Below are positions 1-11,436 of a stretch of DNA of 64,000 nucleotides, piece by piece (positions within the stretch are counted from its first letter, which is position 1; the number at the start of each line of letters is the position of its first letter). Below the pieces are notes generated by a model. The model was not told the DNA's origin and ran no database searches. It saw nothing but the letters and a program-made list of their open reading frames with translations. This stretch comes from Catajapyx aquilonaris. Its lineage: Eukaryota. The position numbers and the translations under genes are program-made. Location: positions 1 through 64,000 of the forward strand of contig JYFJ02002748.1 in assembly GCA_000934665.2 (NCBI GenBank). The letters run 5' to 3'.

Positions 1-634
1 ACCCTATTTATGTGCAATTAATTTATATTTCGTCATTTCCATATTCTCAACTGGGAAATATCAGGGTGAGCGAAATATTCTGGGTTTGGGCAAGTAGTTC
101 GTGCGCTGCCGCTGCGAAAATTCTTATTGGACTGATAGTACAGTGGCTAAACGCTAAAGGAAAGCATTTTGGTTCTTTTTATAGGCACATTTCTTGCATG
201 ATTTTTCATCAAAACATCCCTCTCATTTTTGGCATTTCAGCTCATTTTCTAAAAATAATTCTCATTAATTCCCCTGTCACGAACACCCCTGTAATTGCGA
301 ATTAAGAAGGAAATCATTGCACTAAGTAAGCAAAACACCTCATATATTGTAGCATACGATTTTGGGGACTATGGCTTCAATATAAAAATTATTTCCATAA
401 CATGAGATAGCACTTGGATTGCAGTAACAGTAACAATATAAAATGTGACCATAAATGCCTCACTAGGAATGAGGCCTTGTTTGGCATCACGTATGGTGAG
501 ATAGTCCTTTTGACTAGCTGTGGGGGGAAAAAAGTCAATCAATGTCAGAATTTTCAAGTTGCATTTCGATTTTATGTGGCAAGACTCACCATGGAATGAT
601 CATTGTGGAGGAGATGCATATGCTCTACATCCTT

Positions 635-2603
635 TCAAGCTTTAGAATGTAGCAGGGGGGAGTTTTCCTGCAGCTCATCAGAAGCTCGAGAGCAATACAC
701 TTTACTACAAATAATCAGTGTGAATCCCCAGAGAGCTGTCAAGAAAGCCCATATCGCTGTGAAGTATGCACTTTTTTCCACTGGCAACAACGCTGAAAGA
801 GTCACAGTCAGTTTGTGGTATACATCTCTAAACTGCAGGATATACAGGGTTATGCCAAAGGTGGCACACTTCATCCTGGATGTACTGTGGATTCCTTGTT
901 ATTCTAAAGCAAAATTATCCTTGTTAATTTTGGCGATTTCAGTGTCATTGTGGAGAAAATAGCTTGTAAAATTTAGAATCAGGGCAAAAGCTGTAGATAG
1001 GGCTCATCTTGCGTGCAATGAAACCCATACATCAGGAGCACTTGGTGAATTTCCTGCCAAGCAGTACAACTCATATCACCAATGTCTCTTCCTATTCTGA
1101 ACCTACCAAGCATTCTTTCTGTCACAAAGCGGGAAATACCAAATCTCACCACAATAACCTCATCTTAGAAAGCCACCACATATCTTAAATCCAAGAGGAA
1201 GTGGGCACTTTGTCTTCATCCTGCACAGACCAGAAAGTACATACGTATCTTCTCATATGTGGCATAAAAGGTGTACCAAGCAAGTCCACCCAATCCAATT
1301 AATAGAGCAATGACTCCAAGGAGCGACGTCTCACTTAAGGTTTCAGCAGAGTACCACTGGTGCAGTTTGTTCCGTACACACAACACATTCAAGTGAAGAC
1401 AAGTGGCAGCAAAAGTGCCTGCAACGAATGAAAAGCACACATTATCTTTTTCATTCTTACTCTTACTAATACGCATAAAGGTTTAACCAGGTTCATGAAA
1501 GAGGTACCCCATTATGTCTCTCTTCCTTTTAATTCATGCAACAACTGTGACAAACCATGGCCCAATCCTAAATTTATTAGTCCTTCACATCACAACCGGC
1601 TGTGACCTTTACCCTGCTAAACCCTGTGGCTTGCAGGCCCATGTGTGATAACCCAAATGTACTATCTGATCACCTGATTATGCCGGAATGCAGTGGCGGA
1701 CTGGCCATATGGGCATATAGGCAATACCCGGAAGCTGGAGAAAAGAAGAAAAAAAAAACTCCCACCCACCTACAAATTTGAAAGAAATTTGGCTCATGTG
1801 GCATGAAATGTTTGAAATTACTAATTCATGATTGTTTGGAAAAAGTGCTACCAATTTCATGAAATACACACCCATTCAAATCTACATTCACCTAAGCTCG
1901 TGTGACCTTGAACCCCCCCAAAAAATTTGCGCCTGCGGCGGGCTCGCTCCCCGTCCTTTACGGCTTCTTCACCTAGTGCTCATGGAATCTTCTCCGCGAA
2001 TGTTTTCTGCCTACTACCTGCTACTACCCTGATTGAACTATTGATAAACAATGAGCCGGTCTGATAGGTGACATGCCGGGGCCGGTTTTAAGACCCGGTC
2101 TGCTCCTGATGGTACCAACATAATTCCTTTATGCCAGTCTCAACCCGGGTTCTGCAAGCAATTGTTAGGGGTTCTACAAGAAATAGTTATGAATAGGATA
2201 ATCATATGTAAATTGAGTCTTTATAATATAATAATTTTTATGCAGGGGTTCCCTGTGACATGAGTATTATTTTCAAGGGTTACGCAAGGCTAAAGAAAAG
2301 GTTGATAAACGCTGCTCCATACAGTATTCATGAAGTGCTCAGTCAAATCGATGGCAATACACATGACAACTCGACCTTCGAACACATAAGTTCATCTGGT
2401 AGTATGAACCCCAGTCAATGATGTTAATCCATGAGTGTTCCCTCAGCCTCACCTGAGATCAAGGCCCACACGGCCGCGTGCGTGTTCCCGTAGTGCCAGA
2501 GACACACGGCGAACGCTGTCACCCCTGCCAGGACCCCAGCCAGGCTCCAAACCAGGTTGAGAACCAGACACAGCTGACAACCGAACCCATCGGGTCGCGC
2601 CAT
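635..2603 (-). CDS. SLC48A1: Heme transporter HRG-1 / SLC48A1 homolog, 3 exons, about 160 aa, 4 hydrophobic segments
   Basis: Exons 2603-2453, 1418-1245 and 792-635, all GT-AG with matching phases (483 nt). Protein MARPDGFGCQLCLVLNLVWSLAGVLAGVTAFAVCLWHYGNTHAAVWALISGTFAATCLHLNVLCVRNKLHQWYSAETLSETSLLGVIALLIGLGGLAWYTFYATYEKIPLLPVEKSAYFTAIWAFLTALWGFTLIICSKVY...; size, 4-TM layout, TM2 His and the Y..AxWAF...WG motif match the HRG family. Confidence 0.88.
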
Positions 2604-2830
2604 TTTTCATCTAGTATTCGTCTGTGGGTGGGTGGTGCCAGGGTGGGAGGGGGTGGCATGGAGTGGGCGGGGATTAAATAAAGTCAGGCGCATTCCCGCC
2701 AAATGCGTTGGCAACACCGCCTTATGACGTCATTCCATCTTTGAACCACATGGGGATTTTATCGGACTCTCTATTACATACTAGAGCAGGTTGTTTTTTT
2801 TCCCCCATACACTCATATAGTGTTGGTGCA
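2604..2830. promoter_or_regulatory. Probable bidirectional promoter between HRG-1 and caspase A
   Basis: GC/CpG-rich stretch next to the HRG-1 ATG, with a GGGCGG box (about 2665) and a perfect CRE palindrome TGACGTCA (2725-2732). A GC-rich putative leader exon follows on the + strand with a candidate donor GCAGC|GTGGGT at about 2964. TSS positions are inferred. Confidence 0.55.
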
Positions 2831-4330
2831 GCGAATGGCGAGCAGCGCAGCAATCTTCCCAGCCGCCCACTAGCCTTGACCTTGACCCGGACGAGTGCAG
2901 CGTCCTCTCTCTCCCTGTCTGAAGCAGCCTGGGGGGAATTTTGTGCAAGTTGGATCAGGCAGCGTGGGTAGAGAGAGGTGGGAAGTCCGGTGTCGTGAGC
3001 CTTCCTTTGTGTGTGTTGTGTCTGCACGTATATAACAGTCTGGGAGCTGGCTGGGTGCGGACGAGCAGATCACAGCGTTACAGGTAATTGGAAGGGGGCA
3101 CCTGTTACGTAAAAAGGATCGATCGGTTGGCTGGCTCTATACTGGAGGCTGCTGAAAATATTGGCGCATTGTGCTGCACTGTGATAGACAAAACAAAAAG
3201 AAACCAGATTTATTCGCATGGAAAATACTGTAACTGCAGGTGGCATTGTGAACATTTGTACTGACTGTATACATTCACGCATTACACTACCCTACAAAAT
3301 GTCATTTTTTTGTTGTTTTTGTGCAAATAATGCCAAGTTTATTGGGTCATAGTCTGGCTGCTGGTTTTTAGTACATTTCACATGATAATGAGGGGTATTA
3401 TCATTTTTGACCTAGAAACTATGTAAAAGATAGACAAACAGTTTGGTCTACTCCCAAGTTCACGTATCATGTGCGAGACGACAACACGGACTAGATCAAA
3501 ACCCGCAATCCTGATGATTTGTGAAGAGAAGGCAAACTTAAATTCGCTCTCCTGAAAAATTACGCTTTTGTGAATTGTCATGTTTTCCCACCACACCCAT
3601 CAAATGTTCACAAGCTTCCGTAAAGCTATGGAAGTGTTGAAAAGTTGTTTCCATGAACCCCAAGTTAGTGGTTGGAGTTGGGAATGTCCAGGCCCTGTAA
3701 ATAAGTTAGCTGGAATACTTCGAAGCTGGTTTTCTTCAATACACAGTTATACTTCCAACTCCAACTACTGACTTCGGGTTCCTAGAAGTGTAGTTAACAT
3801 TTCCTTGCCAGGATCTTGTGCATTAGAAGGTACCTTTTTTACTTGGTTACCAAAGTGGACCAGAGTAACCTAGAGAGCCTCAAGTCCTAGAGATCGAGGA
3901 GTCTAGAGTAACCTGCGCCGTTCATTACTTTCTGTTCAACATGTTATCATTAAGTCCATTTCCACACAGTTCACGTGGAGCTTAATTTTGATAATGGTAC
4001 TGACCTGACTAACAAAGTACTGGCCATACAGTTGGCATGTCCAAAGAAAACTTTGATGTAATAGAAAGAGTGACGATTCTCAGTTGGCAAAATGTCAGTT
4101 TTGAACCTATTTCTGGGCACTATGTCTGGTTCATGCACCCTTTCAGTTGGTCCTTTTCTAACCGTATGTGTGCATCAGCATATCTACTGTTCATGCCAAC
4201 TGGTGCAGGTCAAGCCAAAACTCAAGTAATGAACTACCAAAGTGATGTGCTGTCTGCTTATTGCTGTGCCAAGAATGATGTAATCTTATTGTATTTACTT
4301 ATTTCTCCTCAGTTACCAACTGAAGACATC

Positions 4331-7300
4331 ATGGAGGAGAGGGACAGACGTACCATCATGAGCAACCTACAGGCACTGGTGGAACAAACCCACCTAGATG
4401 TGCTGGGTCCTCTGGCGGTGACGAAGAAGATTTTCCGGCAGGACGACATTGATGGATTTCAAGTAAGATTTTAGGAGCTTCTTATGAAATACTGAAATGA
4501 CTTTACCAGTTGCCAGGTACAGGAATACCAATCACAATATTCAGATTGACCACCAGATTGTGTAGTATGGTCATGGAGAAACACTGTAGAACCAGAAAAA
4601 GCCTAATGCAGAATATCTGCTTATTGATACAGAGGGAGGAGGGATGACTACTTAGAGTGTACACTGTTGCACCTGCCAATAAGAAAGTTATATCAGTTTT
4701 AGTACAGATGCTTGCATTGCAATGACTTCATCCTGTATCACCATTTTTTGTGATGCCTAATTAATCTGGGGGGGGNGGGGGGAAAGCCATGACGTGATAA
4801 GAAGAAAACTTTATACCATTACATAATCGAACTTATGGGTGAACAGGTTTTAAAATACATGATTAGAATCCTTGTTCTCCTCTCTTCCCATTGGTATTAA
4901 AAATAAAATTACGAAACGTGCCAATTGAGTTTCTCCTGCCTTCAAGGTACACTAATCCTTGAACAAGTTGGGCTGTAGAAATAGGGCAAAAGAAAATTAG
5001 TTTAAGAGTATTCCTTTTTCTCAAAACTGAAAGGTAGCTCCAGGGACATTTAAATGGAAAGACATCATATGCCACACAGGAATTGGCAGGAAAACAGCAA
5101 CAGGAACTTTTAAAAATCACATTGCAATCCACCTCCAGGGAAAGTTTGCCAGCCCACACATTCAGGTCAATTCCCTTTAGTTCACAGCATTCATTTGCCT
5201 GATGAACCCACTGTAACAGACGATTCACGTTTCCTGTCTGTGACCTTGATGAATTTTTCAGTTCTGAGAAAAATGTGTTTCACCCTTGGAATCACTTTTT
5301 TTTCTTGCTGCCTGATTTTCAGAGCTCAAATTGTCCAAGGCATGATGTGTCCTTTTAATATTATAATATCAGTACATTGCACCTGATTGCAGTTTTACTT
5401 TGTGCTATTGACGCCTGATTTACCTGCAATGTGTTGGAGCAAATCTATGACATAGGAGAATTTATTATCCCCTGCCTTGGTTATTTGTATGACCATATTC
5501 TAAGCCTGCAGTTGTTACCAGTGATAACAACTTTGTGTGCGTAATTGACCTTCACTATAGGCATGGGCATGATAAAAGAATAGATGTAGTCTCTGTCATG
5601 TATTTGAATGTGAGGGCATTGCCCTGAGTGAGTCACCTTTCCTTGAAATGTTCAAGGTCATTATAAATTAAACCACATGGTTGCATCATGAAGTGCAACA
5701 CATTGACATACTAACACAATGGTTTATGGCTACCTCCTGGTGCCATAATTGGGCTGGCAATATGCCGCAATATGTCCATTAGTGGGGGGGGGGGGGGGGG
5801 GGGNTTTCTTGCATTTCTTCTTTTACAGGAACCATTTCCAGAATTGGGGAAATCAGTGAGTCGAATACATCTAAGCAAATAGTAATGACTTGTTACAAGT
5901 GATGACATCAATGATTTTTTATTATGATGTACATTTTTGTACCTGTTACTCCGATTAAAGTTGAAATTATGGTCTCTTCCATTTATGGTGGCCCTGGTGT
6001 TGAAATTCAGTGTGTCAATAACTCTAGTAGTATTGATAAATTTTTAAACTTACAATGTGTTCCAATTATTTTGGTCCTTTCAGTTATTGCAAATTTTCTG
6101 AATCGGTTATTTTTGCGTATTGTTTGTGCCCGGATCAAGGTTTCCAATTACACAGCTGCTGCTGTATTTGACCAACCTGAGAATACTTATTACTAAGCAC
6201 TGCAATTGGGGTACAAAAAAACCTACACAAAAATTGCAACTTCGGGCAAAATTTACGATAACTAACAGGACTCGAATTCATGGAACACACTGAAATGTAC
6301 TGTACGTATTATCTGGCCCTTCCAACTTTCCAGTCACAACCCTCTACACGAGAACGGAATCGAGAATTCTACTTGGCTGTCCAGAAGAGAGGCCCCGTGG
6401 CTTTCCGATCCCTAGTACATATTCTGGCTGAGAGCGGCCACTTTGACCTTGCGAAATTGCTGAACCCAGTGTTTGACGTGGAGAGACATTTTCTCGAGTT
6501 GAAGGTGGATGAAGAGTCTGGACCAGCACAAATAGTTCTTGGACCTCACACAGGAGGGTGAGTATTGATGTATTGTACTGTGACATTGCTGTCAGTGTGC
6601 CATACATTTGCATTGGTCTATTGCAGAACGGTGCCAAATGGCATTCCAGCGTATGAAAATGAACATCTTAACAGCGTAGATGCAATTCCAGTTAATGTCA
6701 AACGGAAGCCTATCACAGTGAAAGTCAAGAAAGCCACACGCTACTTTGGGGAACCTGAATACAGGGTAGGTATTGCTGTCAAAATACCTGCAGTTTTCAC
6801 AAGGAGGCATGTCACAGTTGTTTTTTTCTCACTGTAGGCCTACAAAATGACGTCAAATCCTAAAGGATACTGTTTTATCGTTAATAATGTGGAATTCATT
6901 AACGGCTGCCATGAACTCAGAGAAGGGGCTGAAGTGGATGGGAAAAATATGATCGATTTATGGCATGGGTTGGGATACAAAGTGGAATACAAAGAAAACT
7001 GCGGACAAATGGTAAGAGTAAAACATTCTTAAGAACTTTCGTGATACCTTTCTCCCCCCCCCCCCCACCCACCCACCCAACATGCCATTTCTCTCCTTAT
7101 CCATGAGAAGTGTTGAAATGTTTTTAAAATTTTTATATTATTCTTTGCACTTATGGCTGGTTTTATGTAAGCAAATAGGAGAAATCTCCAATTGTGTACA
7201 CAGTATTCATAATACTACAGTTGAATTGGGGATTTCCTCCTTAATTTGTGTTGCTACAACCCAATATGTGACACTCTTAGTTCCAATTACTATTGTAATA

Positions 7301-9097
7301 ACCTCCTAATTGCAGGATTTTAGGAATGCTCTGGTCGCTTTTGCTGAGAAGGTTGAGCATGCTGATGTTGACTCATGTGCTGTGGTCATTATGAGCCACG
7401 GCAGCACTGCTGGTATAACAATGTGTGACAGCAAGACCATTGAGTACGAATGGATTTTTCGCCAGTTCAACAACTTATACTGCCCACGGCTTCAAGGGAA
7501 ACCAAAGATGTTTTTCTTTCAGGCTTGCCGGTACTAAAAACTTCATTTATGCAAGCCCTTTGCTGCAACTAATGTGTTGTGCTTGTTTGCAGGGGTGACA
7601 CAGTGGACTATGGTGCAACTAGGAGATCTAGCACCTCTACAGATGGAAAGCCTGTGCTGGGGGAAATGGTATCACCTCGTACTCCTGACTCTTCGAAACT
7701 AACTACCTTTTCTGACATGTACTTGGCAAGATCATCATATCCTGGTGAGATATTTACTGGAAATTGCAAATCACAATTGCCACCAGTACACGAAAGGGGA
7801 GACCTTGAGAGGATATCTTCAAGTCAAGTTGTATAATATTGATTCAGATATTCTTGTGCCCATTTCCCCCTTACTTTTCTGGTCTTCTTATTGGTTCCGA
7901 GTCAGATATGGCATTGCAATAAGTTAGTGCCAATTAAATTAATTTAGGGCAGAGGGTTATGCCTATTGTCCACATAAAGCAACTGCGGTTTCCAATAATT
8001 GGTTTTTAGTTGGGCTCCACTATGCCCGGGCCGGCAACCTTGACCATGGTTTTCTGTGGTTTTCCACGGTCTTTCTAGGGTAATTCCAGGGTCGCTTCCG
8101 TATAATAGGCCACAGCCGCTTCCTTCCTTCCCTATCCTTGGAGGTTGAAAGGCAATGCTGGGCCAACCTCCTTAAATATCAATTATAAAGTGTATAGGTC
8201 CCCTTCACCCTGTATAGGTGGGGAGATGAGTAGCCAACCTACTGGTATTGTCTTTAGCGTCTATAAAAAGTACAGTAATAGGATTCCCATTTCTTCCTGC
8301 AGGTTATGCATCGATTCGAGATCATGACACGGGAAGCTGGTTTGTGGAGGCCATTTGTACAGTCTTCATGGAAATGGCACATAACACAAACTTGGAGGAT
8401 ATGATGAAATTGGTAAGTAGTAATAATAACACTGTCCCACAAAATGTTTAAAAAAAATTTGGCACGAGATTTTATTGATGCCTAAACCTAACTCAAGGTA
8501 CTGATTTCAGATCTGCTTCCTGTTTGTCTGTATCTCATAAAGGCAATTTCACAAACTCGGGGTTGTGAGAGTGGGGCATGTGGGCTTTTCGCTTCGCACT
8601 CATAGAAAGTCCACCCAGTTGGATGCCAGCGCAACACTAGCCATTGCATGCAACATTTGTGAATAGCCCCTCTCAAGTTTGCCATGCTTCATGTGCCCTG
8701 CTCTCACAAAGTGAAACGGCCGTAAGGTTTTCTTGCAATGATGATGTGATAATTTGATTACATATACAATTACTTACAATGAAACAGGTGGCATGGTGGT
8801 GTAGTAGTGGCTAATGAAAAAATAGAAACAGATCTGAAATCACTGCACTCAAGTTATGTTTAGTCACCCATAAAACCCAGAAAAATCATTGCAGGGTAGT
8901 GTAACTTCTGATATTGTCAGTTGCAGTACTTACATGTCAAACTACTTTTTTAACAGGTTGGAGTAAAGGTTGCAGCCCTAGAGGATGATTTGGGAAGGAA
9001 ACAAACAGTTGTGACAGAAAGCCACTTATTCACAAAGAATTTATATTTCAACCCAGGATTATTCGCCAATCCCAGTCTTACCTATCCCAGTAGTTAA
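4331..9097 (+). CDS. Dronc: Caspase A: CARD-containing initiator caspase (Dronc / caspase-2/9-like), 8 coding exons, about 428 aa
   Basis: Exons 4331-4462, 6334-6557, 6627-6765, 6838-7011, 7316-7530, 7593-7744, 8303-8412 and 8957-9097; all GT-AG, total 1287 nt in frame. CARD-like N-terminus (KRGPVAFRSLVHILAESG), p20 motifs REGAEVD, IMSHG and KPKMFFFQACRG, p10 motifs GYASIRD..GSWFV and LYFNPG. Confidence 0.93.
8010..8240 (+). mobile_element. SINE-like insertion in a caspase A intron
   Basis: Contains GGTTTTCTGTGGTTTTCC...GGCCACAGCCGCTTCCTTCCTTCCC, resembling the body of tRNA-derived SINEs common in hemimetabolous insects. Boundaries are approximate. Confidence 0.45.
8482..8863. mobile_element. 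MITE-like element with about 42-bp imperfect terminal inverted repeats
   Basis: Left end CTAAACCTAACTCAAGGTACTGATTTCAGATCTGCTTCC versus reverse complement of the right end CTAAACATAACTTGAGTGCAGTGATTTCAGATCTGTTTC. Confidence 0.6.
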
Positions 9098-9349
9098 TAT
9101 GTGTGAACTTGTATCAACTGCCGGGGGAATGGATCCTCATACAGGTGCAAGCAAGATGGACAATGCAAGTCATTTTCACTTTGTTGCCTTTGCCATGACA
9201 TTTGCACAGTAATTTCCATGGTTGTGCTTAGTTGTAGCCAACTCAGAGTTGTGTCATCAGCTGCATCTGATCTGGAGGGGTTGCAAGCTTGAATGTTGCA
9301 TTCAAAAATTGGCTATGTTTTCTCCTAGTAAAACTAGCACCACTAGTGC

Positions 9350-9470
9350 TTGATTGCACCAACTGAATTACCGATCCGATATCTCCTAACAGACTGTTAG
9401 GTAGACCTTTTAACATGTGCTAACGATCCGTTAGGAGCTTTCGAATTGGTAATTTCGTTGGTGCAATCGG
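9350..9470. mobile_element. Short fold-back MITE in the putative caspase A 3' UTR
   Basis: GATTGCACCAACTGAATTACCGAT...TCCTAAC pairs with GTTAGGA...ATTGGTAATTTCGTTGGTGCAATC. The same end sequence TGATTGCACCAACT recurs at about 45631. Confidence 0.6.
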
Positions 9471-10210
9471 CATAGGTCACATTGGTCAAATACACCATGA
9501 AAGTGAGTTGCAACTTGTTTATGTGGACTGTGCCATGCAAATTTGACATGCATGATGCATCTTGCAGCCATGAGTAATCCACCCCTGAGAATTTTGTTGC
9601 AAGCTTTGCTCAAGGTATTTTGAGATACAGTGGAGACGACTTGGGCTGCAGGACCTTGATGGTTGGGTCAGCCTCTATGCTCTCTTATTATTAGTGTTTG
9701 AAGATGGATACTTCATGTCTATTTCTTGTCACAAGTCAGATCAAGTCACAGATTTGAATGGTGTAACCACTATTCTTTAGTGGTTTAATGTGAGAAATTA
9801 TAATTTTGCACAATTGTGCCTGGAATTATTGTCATGTTAAAGTGCTCCTCTGGCTGGCACCATATGAACTGATGGTGAATCAGCAGATTGCATTGAAAAT
9901 ATCTGAACTGAAATGTAACATGTAGTTTTGTTTAGAAGTCATTTTGCTATGGTTTATTTTCTGCTGTGTGGTTGTGCTTAATATCAGGCCAAGCTTCCTT
10001 GACATAATGTGGAACAGGATCTCATCAAGGAAAGCAAGGTATCAGTTATTTAACAACAACAGAGAATGAACCCCAATTATTGATAATGAGAGAAATGCCT
10101 GCAGTACAGAGATATCTTACAATGATGGAGTGTGAAAGGAACATTATTGCCAACAAGATGATATGGCTGGTCACAGAAAGTGCAAGTGTTCTGTGGGATG
10201 ACGGGAGATA

Positions 10211-10380
10211 CAGTGAAACTTGTCCATAATGGACCTTGAGTATAGCAGAAACTTGTCCATTGTGAAGTAATTTCTGGGAACGGGCAAAGGACATGCGATG
10301 TATTTTTTGACGGATATAGCCAAAACCTCTCCATCATGGATTGGGGTCCCATGCAATTCTGCTATACACAGGTTTCACTG
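10211..10380. mobile_element. Tc1/mariner (pogo/Tigger-type) MITE
   Basis: TIR CAGTGAAACTTGT ... ACAGGTTTCACTG, preceded by TA; internal duplication of GAAACTTGTCCAT. Confidence 0.6.
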
Positions 10381-10628
10381 CATCAATACCCAATGTCATA
10401 CGTGAATCATGTCATGTATCATAACCTCAGTTAGTTTCCTCAGCTCCTTCAGTGAATGTAATTAAAAGTTGTAACCAGTCCTCTCTGTCTTTGTGCTGTG
10501 ATGGTACAAGTGTTTCTGTGGTTCGCTGCGCCAATTATTATTTGTACTTTTATAGAAATGATGATGTGAAGATAAGTAGAGTGTCAGTATGTGAAAATAT
10601 TGTGCCTTATAATATGTTAAGAAATGGG

Positions 10629-10634
10629 AATAAA
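10629..10634 (+). terminator. Candidate polyadenylation signal of caspase A
   Basis: AATAAA followed by T-rich sequence, about 1.5 kb after the stop codon. Confidence 0.45.
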
Positions 10635-11436
10635 GCATTATTTATTTGGATTTAATTTACTCTCTTTCCTTGGTTTTGATCACTTGCTTCTGATGCCCAT
10701 ATCACAAATCGCTCCTTTTCATCTTTACAGTTACCGTCGTGTTTCACCATTGTTGGTGTGTGTGCCATTTTTTCCTGAGGCCCAGTAATGAGAGGCCTCC
10801 AAAGATACAGTCACATGCCAGCAAAGCCACATTGTGATAGTGTCTACAGGATATTACTTTGTGTCTGGGATTTATAGTCCCAGCATTGGGCAAGTTAGAG
10901 TCATCTTCACACACACTGCAACACTTATAGCATGTAATACAAAATGATCCCAAATTCCCAATGACCAATCAGGATACAGCAGAAAATGCCAAACAGGTAT
11001 CTCTTGGAATAGTTGCAATAGTGTGGACTTCATGATGTAGTTTTAGGATGCAACACCTCAATTATTGCATATTGTGAATCATAAGGCTCGAGTCTTATGT
11101 GGTGAAAATCTGGTATCTGGGAAATGGCTGTGCAGGGAAACACCTATCGCTGACATTTACACATCTGATGGGGCACTCAATGCACAAGAGAGCCAAAGTG
11201 TGATATGCTGTACTCACTTTTGCACCAGATGGCAAGAGGTCAAGCTTATCTCTTTATACCACAAGTTCCGCTGGTGTTTTCAGTGAAGGTCAGTGTGATA
11301 GTGCAGAACACATGTGCAGAATTTTCCTTGCTGCAGACAGCTGCAACTGGAAGAGGAAGGAAGTTAGTATAGCTTAGATTAGTTTTAATCCAATCTCATT
11401 TCAAGCATTTGCTAAGACAATTCCATTTCAGCCAAA

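Noticed and set aside
1691..2316. hAT-type MITEs in HRG-1 intron 1
   Set aside because: The ends resemble CAGTGGCGGA and GGTTGATAAACGCTG termini, but TIR pairing is poor and no TSD could be confirmed, so they are not listed as features.
5784..5804. Poly-G/poly-C runs (also about 28864-28883 and 51422-51445) as G-quadruplex elements
   Set aside because: They are homopolymers containing N calls, so their length and sequence are unreliable; likely sequencing or assembly trouble spots.
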